A stretch of DNA of 61,565 nucleotides, counting the filler, from Hausera hauseri (lineage: Eukaryota), in NCBI GenBank assembly GCA_046269625.1. It is 11 parts of 11 records of this genome, joined end to end, with 100 filler letters (N's around TTAATTAATTAA, not from the genome) between each part and the next. Parts side by side here need not be neighbours in the genome. Positions count along the whole stretch, not along the records: positions 32,339 to 40,610 come from JBJURY010707658.1; positions 40,711 to 45,031 come from JBJURY010636330.1; positions 45,132 to 49,395 come from JBJURY010669330.1; 8 more parts are not named here. One strand, given 5' to 3'. The position numbers and the translations under genes are program-made. Positions within the stretch are counted from its first letter, which is position 1, and every line of letters starts with the position of its first letter. Under the pieces are notes generated by a model. That model saw only the letters and a list, made by a program, of their open reading frames with translations. It was not told where the DNA came from and made no database searches. This document shows positions 33,650-46,327 of the stretch, in pieces.

Positions 33650-36600
33650 TTATTTCAGCCGCCAATATCCGTACGCCCAACTCTTATTTCGCCCCATCCA
33701 CTTTCGCTTATCATCGTTATATGACAAAGCGACTTTCGCACTAGTTATTGTGTACAGGCGGTGCTCAATTGATCGGATGATAGTTTAAAACACAACAGCC
33801 ACTGATTGTTCTCCTTCTGCTGCTGGTGCTTCATATATACGACGATAATCACCGTTGCCGATTTCCATCTGCTTCAGTTGGATGCCTTTTTCTTGTATTT
33901 TCGGTCCACAATCCATCAGAAGACTGCAGCACTTTGAGCGTAGGAATATCCATTTCCGGTACTGAACCCGACCTTCACTTTCATCTTTGAAGCAGCCGAT
34001 TTTGTTGGTTATAGCGCTGCTGTACAACGCATGATCCGGTGGGTAGTTGGACGTGTCCAGTAATCCATTTGACTGCATTTGCTGACGTAGCTGTTCGCGA
34101 TTGACTTTTTTCAGCGCTGGAAAAAACTGTCAGTGTCACCTGCAATTATACTAATGTCACAGCCGTCAAACATTTTCCGGTAACGTGCCAAGTCGCGATA
34201 CAGTAGCTCATACATCCGAAACTTGCTCAGGTTCAATACCATTTGTCAGATGTAACTTGACTAGACCAGAACGACTTCTTCTATGTTTAACAGCACTACA
34301 ACCAATCCATCGGCAATGTGTATTGACGCCGAAACTGCGCATTATTCGTGTACGTAACCAACCGCTTTTAACTATTGCATAGGCGTACATTAAGCCGCTT
34401 TTTCAGATTCTCAACTATTTTGCCATACAGGGAATTGTTTTTCAGCTTATAATAGTTCTTTTCGAACTTTGTACAAGCTGTGGCTCGTTTCTCCAAATTT
34501 CGACCTATGTTCGCCTTGAATATCGGAGATTGAGCAAGTCGGATTGCACGATGTAGCTGTGCAACGCGAACACCGAGTTGCGTGTAGAGCTGTAGTGGAC
34601 GCCAATAGACTACGTAATTCAGCTTCGGTTCATTCGTCATGAGCAGTTTCTTCACTTTTGAGCCTGGTGGACATTAGTTAAATGGTGCGACCGGAAAATC
34701 GTCCAAAACGTCATGCAGCTCATCTGGTATCTCGAGATCATCCTCCATCAGGTATCCAATTAAGCTTGCCATGTCTGTTCGTGGTAGGTTGGCCATTATG
34801 TCGTCCAGACCTTGTCTGTCGATTACCCATTCAAGTGAACCGAACGGCAAGGGTTGCGAAAGCGCCCAGCCGTACAGGTTATTAATATCATTATACAGCA
34901 GTGATGTGGTATCGGTAGCACTGATCTGATGCTTTTTGACAAATGTCATGCCACCTCGAATACCAACATCAAACAGTCGGTACATTTCCGGGTCTTGCAG
35001 CAGCTCAATGTCTCGATTCAATGACATTAGAGCTGACGCCAAACTCATTACCGGTATGGAATAAAAATTGAGTGGCTCCAGCCTATCTTCAGTCAACGCT
35101 TTAGCTTGAAATGTCTAAAACACATCGGCTAATAAGTACACGTCCAGTTTCAGATACTGAAGCATGTACTCCAACATGTTTCTACAGCCGAGTTCTGTCC
35201 AACACCTCTGTGATTTCTGGTATTCATCCTCTGCGATACCTGTCCATCTCGGAAGTAATTCCCCTGCTGTTCGGTGTCTCTCATATAATGTTTCAAAGCC
35301 ATACGGGAATAATATACCTTTGCTACGAGCAGTATGTGTGGGAAATTACATCAATGTCATCGGCACATCCTGCAAGGCATTTACGAGCCTTCCTAGAGAC
35401 GCATTGAAAAATTGCTATGAGTCGAGGAAGAGTACTTGGAACGGGTTTATGCGTGCTTATAGGGACAGGTATTTTCTCATTGTTGTTGGGATTACTGGCA
35501 GTTCCCAGTGGGTAAATCCATTAATGGTCCATTTCAGTATATGGTGACAATCATAACCTGGAAAATTATGAAAGATCACCGGTAAAAATGGCCGCACACG
35601 CCTTGCCAAATTGCAAGAATTATATGCTGCTCCGAGATATTGAGCAGTCAAATGATCGTGATCCGGTACGAGCTATTCCAGTGCGCCAAACGGTAATTTT
35701 TGTGGCACAGGTAACATTCATCTGTGACTGCAAGCGTCATGCGTTCATCATCATTTGTCAACATCAATGGTTTATTGCTTTTTCTACTGTGCCACAGTTC
35801 GATTTCAGTTTTCACTATGGTTTGCAACTGCTGCTGGAAATCACGTACACAGTTCCAGCCGTGAAAGGCGTAATATGGAGGTTGGCCGACCGCTTTTATT
35901 GGGACAATCAACATAACAACGGCGATAGGAACGTGCTTTTGATCATACACGTTGTGCAGTGGTAGAATTGCATCAATATCGTCATATACCACATATGCTG
36001 GATTGGCCGTTTTCGACCAGTCACTGAATCGGAGTTCCTTTTTGAGTGGCATGACGTACATGGTTGTTCCCGCTAAATTCTGCTTGCACAGCATCACATG
36101 TTTCTCCAATGTTGTTTTGACCTGAATCCATGCAGACATACGGGACACCATTTGCATCGTATTTGCTTTTTGATGAACTGGTCATGCTCCATGTTGAACA
36201 GTCTATTCAGATTTGTCACTGCCACGTAATGAAAATTTTCACCCTGCTCCAACAAAAACAAATTTACCGAGTGTCCATTCGGGTTTCAATAGCGATAAAT
36301 TATGTTTACATGGGGTTTTGTAAAAATTTCTTCGTCTTCCGGTATTTCTATTATTGTGTTGTACCGGAAAACGTTGACTGACAACATCGGATTACGCCGT
36401 TCAAAAGCCGGAATGGTTTTCAGTTTCATCGGCATCCAGCATTCATCAAATTTCAATTTGGAAAAATACTGCCGATACTGATTTGGACGATTTGCATGAT
36501 ATCTGTTTACTTCGCTGTACTTCAATACAGCCAGAATGCTGTACAGAAAGCAGTATTAGTCGTCATTATTTTGTACATTCACTACCTCCAAAGACTGCTT

Positions 36601-37150
36601 TAAAGATGCAGGTGTTGGTATGAGTGACAATCAAGACAAATATACTACGTCACTCGACTTTGTTATGATATAGCCGAGTGTGACAATTCGTATAATTCGC
36701 CATCCACTACCCTTTTCGGTATAGTTGGCGATTTTCTCATTCAACTTTTCGCCTACATCGGCAATAAAATCTTCCGAATACGGTACGGCTCGATATGACA
36801 GGTACCATTGTTTCCTGTCACCTTCAACATTTTCATATTCTGCAAGTGCATAATATTGCACTTTCGAGTTGTTGTGTTTAAATTTCTCCACCTCTAATTC
36901 TAACCGGTTGCACACACTGGACCGAATATGTCTCAGCTCTAGTGTTGTTGTCCCTGACATGTTTACTTTCATGTCCACGTACAATTTGTTTAGATTGTAC
37001 TTGACAGTAATGGAAGGTTTCTGCTGTTGCATCTGATTCTGTTTGGTACTGTTTCGCATGTATTCGTCAAGACTTGTTGAGGCCTGACGTTCCTGCTTGT
37101 TGAGGGGATATTGGTTTTTCTTGTCGCCGTCACTATTTCCTTTGTGGACC
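33650..37150 (-). pseudogene. Polinton pPolB with N-terminal extension, decayed
   Basis: GSGW, CFLYSILA, FHNFPGYD, GIRGG, YNDINNLYGWALSQPLP, KLKNNSLYGK, GDTDS, IGCFKDE, LSYNDDKR..AYGYW. Confidence 0.92.
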
Positions 37151-38669
37151 ACTGAAACTGGTTGAAGTGGTCCTTGTGCTGGTTATAAAATTGTTCATAG
37201 TTGATTTCATCAACCGTCGAACAACCGGAACAAACGTAGGCCCGTTTACGGTGCACCGTTCTGACACTATAGTACTGCTCCATTACACTATGGTAACCAT
37301 CAATGTCATGCACTTTACTACTAGAGTATCGCGGGTATGTTGAGCAATGCACAACTATCATCTTTTCACGCGTAAACGGGCCAAGATGATACTTGTGCAT
37401 CGCATGAAAGTCAAGGTGTGGACAAGGAGTCGAAATTTTACCTCACGTTGGGCACAAATATGAGTCCGTGCTAACGGTGTAATATTTAGCCATTTGCCGA
37501 TGGCACTGCTCCTGCTCCGCATGTATGCGCGAGACGCAGTACATGGGATAATTAGTATACTTCTGAGTGGGAAACAAAATAAAATAAATATTTTATATTA
37601 ACTTATAAATACTGTAAATTGAAATATGACAACTTATTTGTCGGTCGTGAGAAAAAAAGTCTCCTTGTTCTCTTATAAACAATTTTTCTAAATGCTGCAA
37701 TAACAACAACAACAACAACAACTAAAAATCACATGGAACAGTACACTGAAAGCGAGATTAAGAAATTGACCGATGACATTTTGACTGGACATGTGTTTCA
37801 TGTTCAGTTTTTGTGTGAGCTCACAGAAACCAGAATAATTAGCCGACGGGAATATATTGAATTAATTCTCAGCCATCTATTCATACAACGTATCAAAGAT
37901 GAAATGAGATGAAAACGGCAAAGGATTAATATCCTTATTTGACTCACAATTTCCGTTTCATTTTGTATTGTATTCAAGAAACTGATTGACCATATTTGAA
38001 TATTTCGCTATACGTTTGTTTTTATGTGTCAATTACATTTATTTTGTTTCTTTTCGTTACACTGCTGTATAAATACTAGTGCTTCTTCGTTCCTGTATGA
38101 TTATAAAATGTGTCATTTAACACAACTCATTCGTCCGCATCACTCCTTTGATGGTCTCCGGAGTCATCTTTACAACCTTGATCGACCTTTACAATGTGCT
38201 TGGTATTCGTCTCTTGAAACGATACTGCTAAGTGCTGAAGACAATTGGAAATCACAGGAACTCTATAGACGTCATATGAAGCAGACTGTTGGTGACATGG
38301 ACGTGATATTCAGTCAGATTTTTCGCACATGACAGAAATTGGCGGATACCTATGCACTGTGTTATAACAGTCCATGTCAAATGCAATTTGTGGATGATTT
38401 TGTCCAAAGCGACCAGATGATAATGGATTACGTTCCCATGTGGCAATCGTAGCAATCCGTTCGACTTGCCAACATCAATTTTACCTCTGTACAAAATTTC
38501 GGTATACCAACAACATGTGTTGCGTTGCCGGTTGCACATTGCCCATTTTTCTTCTTCCGCCTCCTGTGCCGCCGGGTTACATTTTTCGGCTTCGCGGCGC
38601 TGTTGACTTTTGTTCGCCTTGTCCAGCTCGACCGATTGGTCTCTATCCAAAGTTCATTCCCCGACCTTC

Positions 38670-38805
38670 TTCTGCCCCTGGGGGGTCTCCAACCACCAAA
38701 TATGAAATGCTCAGTATCGCGAAGGAGGTGGGGGAAACTAGTTTTCAAGTCGATCTGAGCACTTTTGGGGAAGTGGTTAGGAGAGGGCACTTCTACCTAC
38801 TCACT
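38670..38805 (+). repeat. Polinton right terminal inverted repeat ending ...CTACCTACTCACT
   Basis: The terminus reads AGTGAGTAGGTAG on the minus strand (AG/AGT-type Polinton end). Homologous to 57915-58047. Confidence 0.8.
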
Positions 38806-39576
38806 TAATCAACAAAACCTTTAAATTTACAAGTAAAATATTTTCAATATGTACTAAATGGTGATTACTAAACCATTTCTAAAGCAGAAAATATTTGTTA
38901 AAATTTATTTGAAGCACTCGGCTTTTCAGATAAATTTTAACAAAAATTGTGGTTTCAAGCAGAATTTATTAGAAACATCCCATTTTATGTATATTGGTCT
39001 TTCGTTTTTCAAACCGATAGTCCGTAACCAAAACTATGCTTTGGAAATCGTTGAACACACACTAGAATTACTAAGTAGTAAGTCTGACAAATGGTCAATT
39101 ACACACTATATATTCAATTTCTACAGAGCGTAGTTACATAATGGGAGACGGTAGTTGTTTCCTTGTTCTTTTCCGTGGATTCTCGACGGTCAGACGAGTT
39201 GTCTGCAAATATAAACTGTTTCAATATGACTCCTGATTAGGACCTTCGGATTACCAATCCAATCATCACTTTTCATAATCGGATATTGCCAATTCTCAAT
39301 ATTAAAATCTATTCATACATAAAATAATCATGTTATTTTTTGTGGGTGCACTTGTACATGTATCACCTCCTCCACCTTTGGTCATTATTCACTACCCAAT
39401 AGGTATTTATATAGAGGGTGATCAGCAAAAATCAAGTAATCGTTTGTTCGTTTCAGAAAAAAACATTAAACTCGTCTGCTAATTTTAAATTTGTCACGTT
39501 CTACCAATATGACAGTTCTGACAGTGGCGCCCGCCATTAGACTGAAATATTTTAATAACTTTGACAGTGGCGCCAA

Positions 39577-40407
39577 TGTCACATATATATATATATATAT
39601 ATAGATGTATACTGCAATAACTCTCAGAGACATAGATTACAGATTGTTGATTTTTAAAGGTAAAAATAAAATTGTTACAGTCTTCTATGAGTAAGTGTAT
39701 TTTTATGAAAATGTTGTTTTTATGTTGATTATCATTATTCGTGGTAACGTTTTGTACGTAATAAACGTGAATAAATATTATCGTTTTGGAAAGTGTCTTA
39801 TCTGATTAAGAAACCACGCGTGTGCAGTCTGATAATTGAGGTTAAAAAAATTACTGAATATAACAGTTTTGTCCCAGCGACATTACTGACCAATTTTTGT
39901 ATTTCTAAAGTTAATAAAATCACCTAATAAAGGGTTTTGTCCTAGAGACATTACTCACCAAAATTCAACATAAATTTCACGATAAAGGTTCTGCTCTGGT
40001 AGCACTACCTACCAACTTCTTATTTTAATTCGATTTTTGATATTTAAAGCTGAATAACTCCATTGTTGGACTGCATTCGCGAAGTAAGTAAATAAAATCT
40101 CGTAATCTCAGGTTCTATCCTTGTGGTATTACCTGAAGACGGGTTGTCAAGTCGCTTCTTGACGACTCACTAAAATCTCAAACCCCAAATAATTCCACAG
40201 ATAATCAAAACATTTATTCAAATTGTGATTCGCATTTGCATCGCCTCCTCGGTAATACTCTTGCATAGATAGACCCTTCCTTGATAATAAACCGATTGAT
40301 TAATACCTGTCTAGTTTGAGAACTCACTATAAGGCTAAGACTAGCCCGACCTTCCAGTCTGTTAAAGGCAAACTACAGAATAATAAATAAAGAAGCAAAA
40401 ATTAACA
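39577..40407 (+). repeat. Putative 5' LTR of a second Ty3/Gypsy element
   Basis: TGTCACA...TTAACA ends, AATAAA signals; immediately followed by a PBS and gag start. Start position inferred. Confidence 0.5.
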
Positions 40408-40408
40408 C

Positions 40409-40425
40409 TGGTGCCCCGAATTAGG
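40409..40425 (+). promoter_or_regulatory. Primer-binding site, elongator tRNA-Met-like
   Basis: TGGTGCCCCGAATTAGG versus recalled complement TGGTGCCCCGTGTGAGG. Confidence 0.55.
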
Positions 40426-40476
40426 CATATTTAAATCTTAAAGCTGACTAGATCAGGAAAATCATACAAGAAAACA

Positions 40477-40610
40477 ATGTCGCTCTCTAATCAGGATGAC
40501 GAAGTAATTCCCTTACAACCCAGTAATATGATCCTACCTATGAAGAAATTCGGAGGTGATACTACAGAAGACCTCCAGGACTTTTTAGAAGAATATGAAA
40601 TATATTCAAA
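40477..40610 (+). CDS. gag: Gag N-terminus (truncated by linker)
   Basis: LPMKKFGGDTTEDLQDFLEEYE is the typical Ty3/Gypsy Gag F.G...ED...FL..F/YE motif. Confidence 0.7.
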
Positions 40611-41559
40611 NNNNNNNNNNNNNNNNNNNNNNNNNNNNNNNNNNNNNNNNNNNNTTAATTAATTAANNNNNNNNNNNNNNNNNNNNNNNNNNNNNNNNNN
40701 NNNNNNNNNNGGCAATATGACTTTAAGCAAATTCATTGAACAATGAACAATCCTTAATATAATGTCCGTGTATGTATAACTGTACATGAATATAGAACAT
40801 TTCTGATTACATTCTGAAAAAGAGGTCGGCAAATTTGACGAAAAAATTCCTCTATGTACTCAACAAGCTCTACATATGGATCTGAAGATAGTATCACATT
40901 TCTGATTATTTGTTGTAAAAATCCCTGTGACAATAATAAATGTTCCTTTGTAAGATAAATTGTGACACTATAAGATTCAACTGTTTCATTTTTTCAGAAT
41001 CCTGAGGGGTAAACAATTCGTGATTTTCAATAACATTCTGGACTTATTCAGCCATAAATTTGAGCAGATGAAAACTGTCTTAAACTATCGAGCGTATAGA
41101 AAGCTTTGTTTGAATTATAACTGAAATGTAATATCAATTATTTGGTGTTTGCGATAAAGCTTATAAAAACGATTACAATGTATACTAAACATAAAAATGG
41201 AACCAAGTGGGTTAAAGACGTCTATAAATGACACAACATGCTCAAAGAACAGAATAAAACGATTGACATCTTGACTCTAGTTTGTTAAATTCTAAATCAA
41301 TCATTTTATATTACTCCTGTAAGATATCCTCCACTAGTGGATCTTTGTAATCGCTTTGTCTTGCATTTCGTTGGTTATCTTTGTTAATTGTTTGAACAAT
41401 CATACTTATCAGTTGTTCTGTATCCATTATGCGTTTCTTTCGTGTTTTTAGGTATGCTTGGATGAACTTTCTGCGAATAATATGCATTCAGATCCTGCAT
41501 GTTGTCGTAATCAAAGTTAAAATGATCATTATAGTCTTGATCGATATCACTTTCTTGAA

Positions 41560-42900
41560 GTCTTGACAAGAAATCCGCATTAGCGTTTGCTTTTCCTTGC
41601 CGACATTTTATCGAGATTTCTAGATCCTGGATTTCTGCAGCCCATTTCATTAATTTTCGACTGGTATCCCGTTGCTTCATCAACCATTGCAAAGGTTTTT
41701 GATCCGTATATAGTATTGTTTTTCGTCCGGTAATGTAATACTTAAAATATTCACTTAAAATATTTCACTTAAGGTTTTACTGAGACATGCTATTATTCCT
41801 TCGCGTGGTCTATCAGGAACTGATTGTCCTAAGACTGCTCCTATCGCATAACCACTGGCATCAGTCATAATTATATAGGGATAATTAGGATCAGGAAACT
41901 GTAATATCGGTGTGGAAGTTAAGACTTGTTTTAAGACTTCGAATGATCTCTGATGTGTCTCTTCTCAATTCCATGTTGTTCCTTTCTTGGTTAGTTCCAC
42001 TAGTGGTTTAACTATACATGCAAAATTATATACAAACTTTCTATAGTAATTAGCCATTCCTAACAGTCTCTGCAATTCCTTGAGATATTTAGGTGGTTTT
42101 AACTTCATAAGTTTTTCTACATTTCTAGGATCAGATTGAATACCTTTACTCGAAACTATATGTCCAAGAAAAGTAACTGTGTTTTTCGCAAACTTACATT
42201 TCTTCATTTTAATCTTTAAGTTGGCTTGTTTCAATCTATCAATCTATTTTAAATGTTGTTCGAAGTTTTTAGAAAATATTATTACGTCGTCTATATATAC
42301 CATGCAGTGAGTTAATCCTTGTAATACAAAATCCATACATCTTTGAAATGTAGCAGGTGTATGTTAGTCCAAAAGGCATAACATTAAATTCCCATAATCC
42401 AGTTCCTGTGGAGAAGGCTGTTTTTTGTTTATCCTCCTCAGCTACTTCTACTTACCAAAATCCGCATTGTAAATCCAAGGTGGTGAATATTGTAGAGTTT
42501 TGCAAGGCCTTTAACATTTCATCTATTTTTGGTAATGGGTAATTGTCTTTCTTTGTAACATTATTTACTGCTCTAAAATCCACACAAAATCGTTGAGTTC
42601 CATCCTTTTTCTGTACCAATACTACTGGAGATGTCCACGGTGAGAAGCTTGGTCTGATAATACCGTGCTCTACCATTTGTGCTATTTGTCTGTCACATTC
42701 TTCTTTCTTAACTTCAGCCATTCTATACGGATTTTGTTTAATAGGACAGATATTCTCTGTAATTATGTGATGTTGAATGACATTACTTTTACCAATATCA
42801 TTATCGTTCATAGCTATTATATCTCGATTCTTGTGAAATATTTGTAACAATTTCTTTAGTTGATATGGGGTTAAATCACCATATTTAAATTTGATATTCT
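41560..42900 (-). pseudogene. pol: Reverse transcriptase and RNase H
   Basis: IIRPSFSPWTSPVVLV.KKDG..RFCVDFR, LDLQCGFW, MPFGL, YIDD, FLGH, TDASGYAIGAVL, TDQKPL, NANADFLSR. Confidence 0.93.
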
Positions 42901-43269
42901 CGTCTTCTACGAGAAACGTTGCTGCACATACCTTGACAAATTGTAATTATCCTAAATTGAGATTTTGTCCCAATCTGATTTCCTTCTTATTAATGCTTTC
43001 TATTGGCAACTCCAAACGTTGTACTTCTTTTGGCACAAATAAAGGTATTGCAAGATCTTACATTTTTCGTTGTTATACAAATTTGGTTCGAACATACAAG
43101 TTTGCTTGAGATTTCCAGATGGTATCGTTAACATTACCACTATCTGATGTTGTGGTTTGATGACGATATTATGGGTCAAGGTCATATTAATTTCTTCTAT
43201 TGGTAGATTGGTCATCGTATATTTGAGAGTTTTGGTCGATATATCCATTGAAAGGTCCGATATCTGGAA

Positions 43270-43555
43270 AAATACATCCATTCCTATTACTAAGGGTGCT
43301 GGCAATATTTTATCATCCACTAAAAATAAAGTGATCGTATGTGAGTTATCATCAATTCTTATTTTAATGTTTATTTTTCCCAAAAATTGCACCTGCATGG
43401 AATTAGCTGCTGCTATTACTATATCACTTGGCATGATTTCTCCCTTTTGTTGGTCGGTTAGATACGAATATCGAATCATCGAAACGGACGCACCGGTATC
43501 TAATAGTGCCATTATATTTACTCCAATAAATCGCACTGGAACATAAGGGTTATTT
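43270..43555 (-). CDS. pro: Retropepsin protease domain within ORF 43000-44058
   Basis: PYVPVRFIGVNIMALLDTGASVSMI...LVIGMDVF. Confidence 0.9.
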
Positions 43556-44039
43556 CCTGTTGTTAAAGTGGTTTGTGTCATGAAGATGAATTTTGTATTG
43601 TTCCATCTAGCATCCGCAATATTGTATTGTCGAAGTACACTTGGTGGATAAGCAGAACTCGGTAAGCAAGTATATTCATCTAAATGTCTTGCCATTGGAA
43701 GATCATGCATAGACGTGACTTTCCTTTCTCTATATTCAGGATATTCTGTAAATTCATCGATAGGTTCGGGTTTATAGTATGTTTGTACTTCTGGCTCAGA
43801 GTGTTGTCTAGCTTTCTTTCTTAATAATTTATATTTAACTAGATATTCCTCCACTGCTAACTTAATAAAAGCTTGTAACTGTTGTTCTAGTTCTGGGGCT
43901 AAACGAAGTTCTTTTCTTAATTTGTCAAGTTCCTTTGCATGCAAATACATTAGTGGTGATTGAGCCATAGAGGGAAAACATTTCAGCATAATTTGCCATG
44001 TACAACCACGTACTTTCTTTATATTTCCGTCGGCTCCTA

Positions 44040-45031
44040 TTTGACTTAATATAACCATTATGGTGGTAGTTATAACATATATACCGAAAACTCCAGATAT
44101 AACCTGACAAAAAATAATGAACTTATTCCAAAAGTCCTAAAGGATCTTTTTAGCTGTTCTCTCTAAATGGTCATTTGGAAATAACATTCCATAATTAGGT
44201 ACACCATCTGATCCTTTTATAACAGTATATTCGAATTCTGTGATGACTTTTTCTCGTATATTCTGAAATAATACTTGTTTTTTTACTGCTTCCAGGTCTG
44301 TTAAAGAATATAATCCACTGGTGGGAAGTTCTCTGTTCACTTTAAACTTTATATCTTTATCCAGTGGTAGTAATCCAATTGTCTGTGGTATATTCATCAT
44401 AGTTGGTGGGTGCGTTTTGGTCCATCTTCCGTCATTAAGTTTAAAAGCTGGATAGAAGTCTTTGTAACATGGTGCAAAGTTAATTTCAGTAGGCAACAAT
44501 AATTTTTGAGTCATAGGGTTTACAGATCCGGTTCTAGTTATCTTTTTATCATTATAATGAACCACTAATTCGCTTGTACAATTTTTTCTTGTGCTTGTTA
44601 TTGGGGTTACTTCTATTGGAGGACACTGATACACATGGAGTATTTCACCTTGTACTGTATTACATGTTCCAGGGCGATATCCCATAATTAAGGCGATATG
44701 TTCTGGGAATTCTCTGGCTAGTATCAAGTCGTGCTGGTTCATTTTTTGAGTGATTTTACAGTCTCTTAGTACCATCATGTTATATAACTCAACTAAATCT
44801 ATTTTTGCGGTGTAAAAAATATAATTTATCTTGTTATTCGTGTATAGGTAACACTTTATATTTTCACTCAGTAGCTTTTCTGTATTTGCAAGAGTTACGT
44901 TTGTTACATACAGTTCTTCATAAGATATAGAATAAACGACATTTGATCCACAAGTCGATACTGCTCCTTTGCGTGCCAGTATGATTTCATCTTTGTCACT
45001 GGATGACATTAAGACTTTTAAAGAAGTGGTT
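44040..45031 (-). pseudogene. env: Env C-terminal half plus transmembrane anchor (gB/chuvirus-G-like)
   Basis: YTNNKINY..LVELY...DC..LILAREFPE, PG..QGEILHVYQC, CTSELVV, SGLYSLTDL..VLFQ. One TAG (44137-44139), then DFWNKFIIFCQVISGVFGIYVITTTIMVIL (TM), in frame with the protease. Confidence 0.8.
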
Positions 45032-45739
45032 NNNNNNNNNNNNNNNNNNNNNNNNNNNNNNNNNNNNNNNNNNNNTTAATTAATTAANNNNNNNNNNNNN
45101 NNNNNNNNNNNNNNNNNNNNNNNNNNNNNNNGTACGTTTAGACCTGGGTGATTTGCTTAAAAACGGGTTGCTCATTGCGATGACGGAAATTTGAAAATGA
45201 ATTAAAAGTTTCGATATTTGTGATACCAATATACAAAACTTTACATCACCTCAAAAGTCTGCTAAAATAGGAATAAATTCCACATCTTTCAAAATTCACC
45301 ATAATGTATTTCTGTATTTTAAACAAAATCAAAATTTTTAACAAAACAAGTTCCGCATACAGATCACCGATTCGGTGAATGTGGGGGCCACATCACCCCC
45401 CCTTTGCAAAGGCAGTTTTGCCAGGCGGGACTAAACGTGAGTCTTCTAATGACCAACACGTCGGTGGATTGTAACCGAGAAAAAGAAATACGTTCGGCAG
45501 GAATTCTTCGACTTCTCCCCGATAGGACAATGCAATGTCGATGAAGCTGGCAATGGCAGCGCCGTATATTTCGGTTCCGCCGCGCGATGCAATACCCGTG
45601 GTTAAAAATAGTGCACGATACTTTTCCGTCCAATTGATTTGGAGATATTGTGAATACCTATATAATGAACTCTGGGTATAGACCGCAAAAATGTTCCATA
45701 ATTCCTCCTTGGATGATTTTACAAAGTGTTTTGATCAAA

Positions 45740-46327
45740 TCACAACCCGATTTCAGCCGAGTGTGTGTGTGCATTGGATCCTTCAATATCCCGACAAATA
45801 TAATCTGGTGAGTAAGTACAATGAGAATTGATTGAACAATTGTCCGTTTTTAGTATTTTATTCGGTGGTCGATCGAACCACGAATCACTATTATCACAAT
45901 CGGATTCACGAGAACGTTTGTGAGATTTGTGAGGAGGCAAATCGTTTGGGCTATGAGATTTGTGAAAGAGACCTGTTTGTCTAAGTTGTGATGGGTTGGA
46001 TTTCTTAGAATCATTCAAATCAACGTTAGCAGCACCGCAAGTATCTGATGTATCGACTGCGTCGCCGACGGAGAAATAAAATAACTCGTGGATTTTGCAG
46101 TGATGCACATATGGAATGTAAAACTCGAATTGATGTTCTTGGACTATGAGGCAACCAGTCCCTTCTGGGTCAACTGGTTGATACAGAACTGTCGATCCTA
46201 ATGGATCTGTGACCGCTATGGAATATTGAACGTCTTCGCACTGTATAATGACTGTATATAGGAGTGGTCTTCTGACACCAATTGTAGATTGCTCAGTAAT
46301 CACATATGAAATTCCTGGACCATTCAT
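45740..46327 (-). CDS. Hypothetical 195-aa protein, no recognised family
   Basis: ATG-initiated open ORF in AT-rich DNA; beta-rich-looking N-half and low-complexity C-half. Confidence 0.3.
   Translation of the reverse strand: MNGPGISYVITEQSTIGVRRPLLYTVIIQCEDVQYSIAVTDPLGSTVLYQPVDPEGTGCLIVQEHQFEFYIPYVHHCKIHELFYFSVGDAVDTSDTCGAANVDLNDSKKSNPSQLRQTGLFHKSHSPNDLPPHKSHKRSRESDCDNSDSWFDRPPNKILKTDNCSINSHCTYSPDYICRDIEGSNAHTHSAEIGL

Larger units (their letters stand above)
30043..38805. mobile_element. Polinton/Maverick lineage A (spans linker 32239-32338)
   Basis: Inverted terminal sequences at both ends; encodes adenain protease, major capsid, IAP-like gene and pPolB. Confidence 0.75.
41384..45031 (-). 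mobile_element. Ty3/Gypsy family B internal region: env(TM)-pro-RT-RNase H
   Basis: Component features below. Confidence 0.9.

Noticed and set aside
39860-40140. CRISPR-like spaced repeats
   Set aside because: Repeats are too degenerate and irregularly spaced, the context is a eukaryotic LTR, and there are no cas genes.
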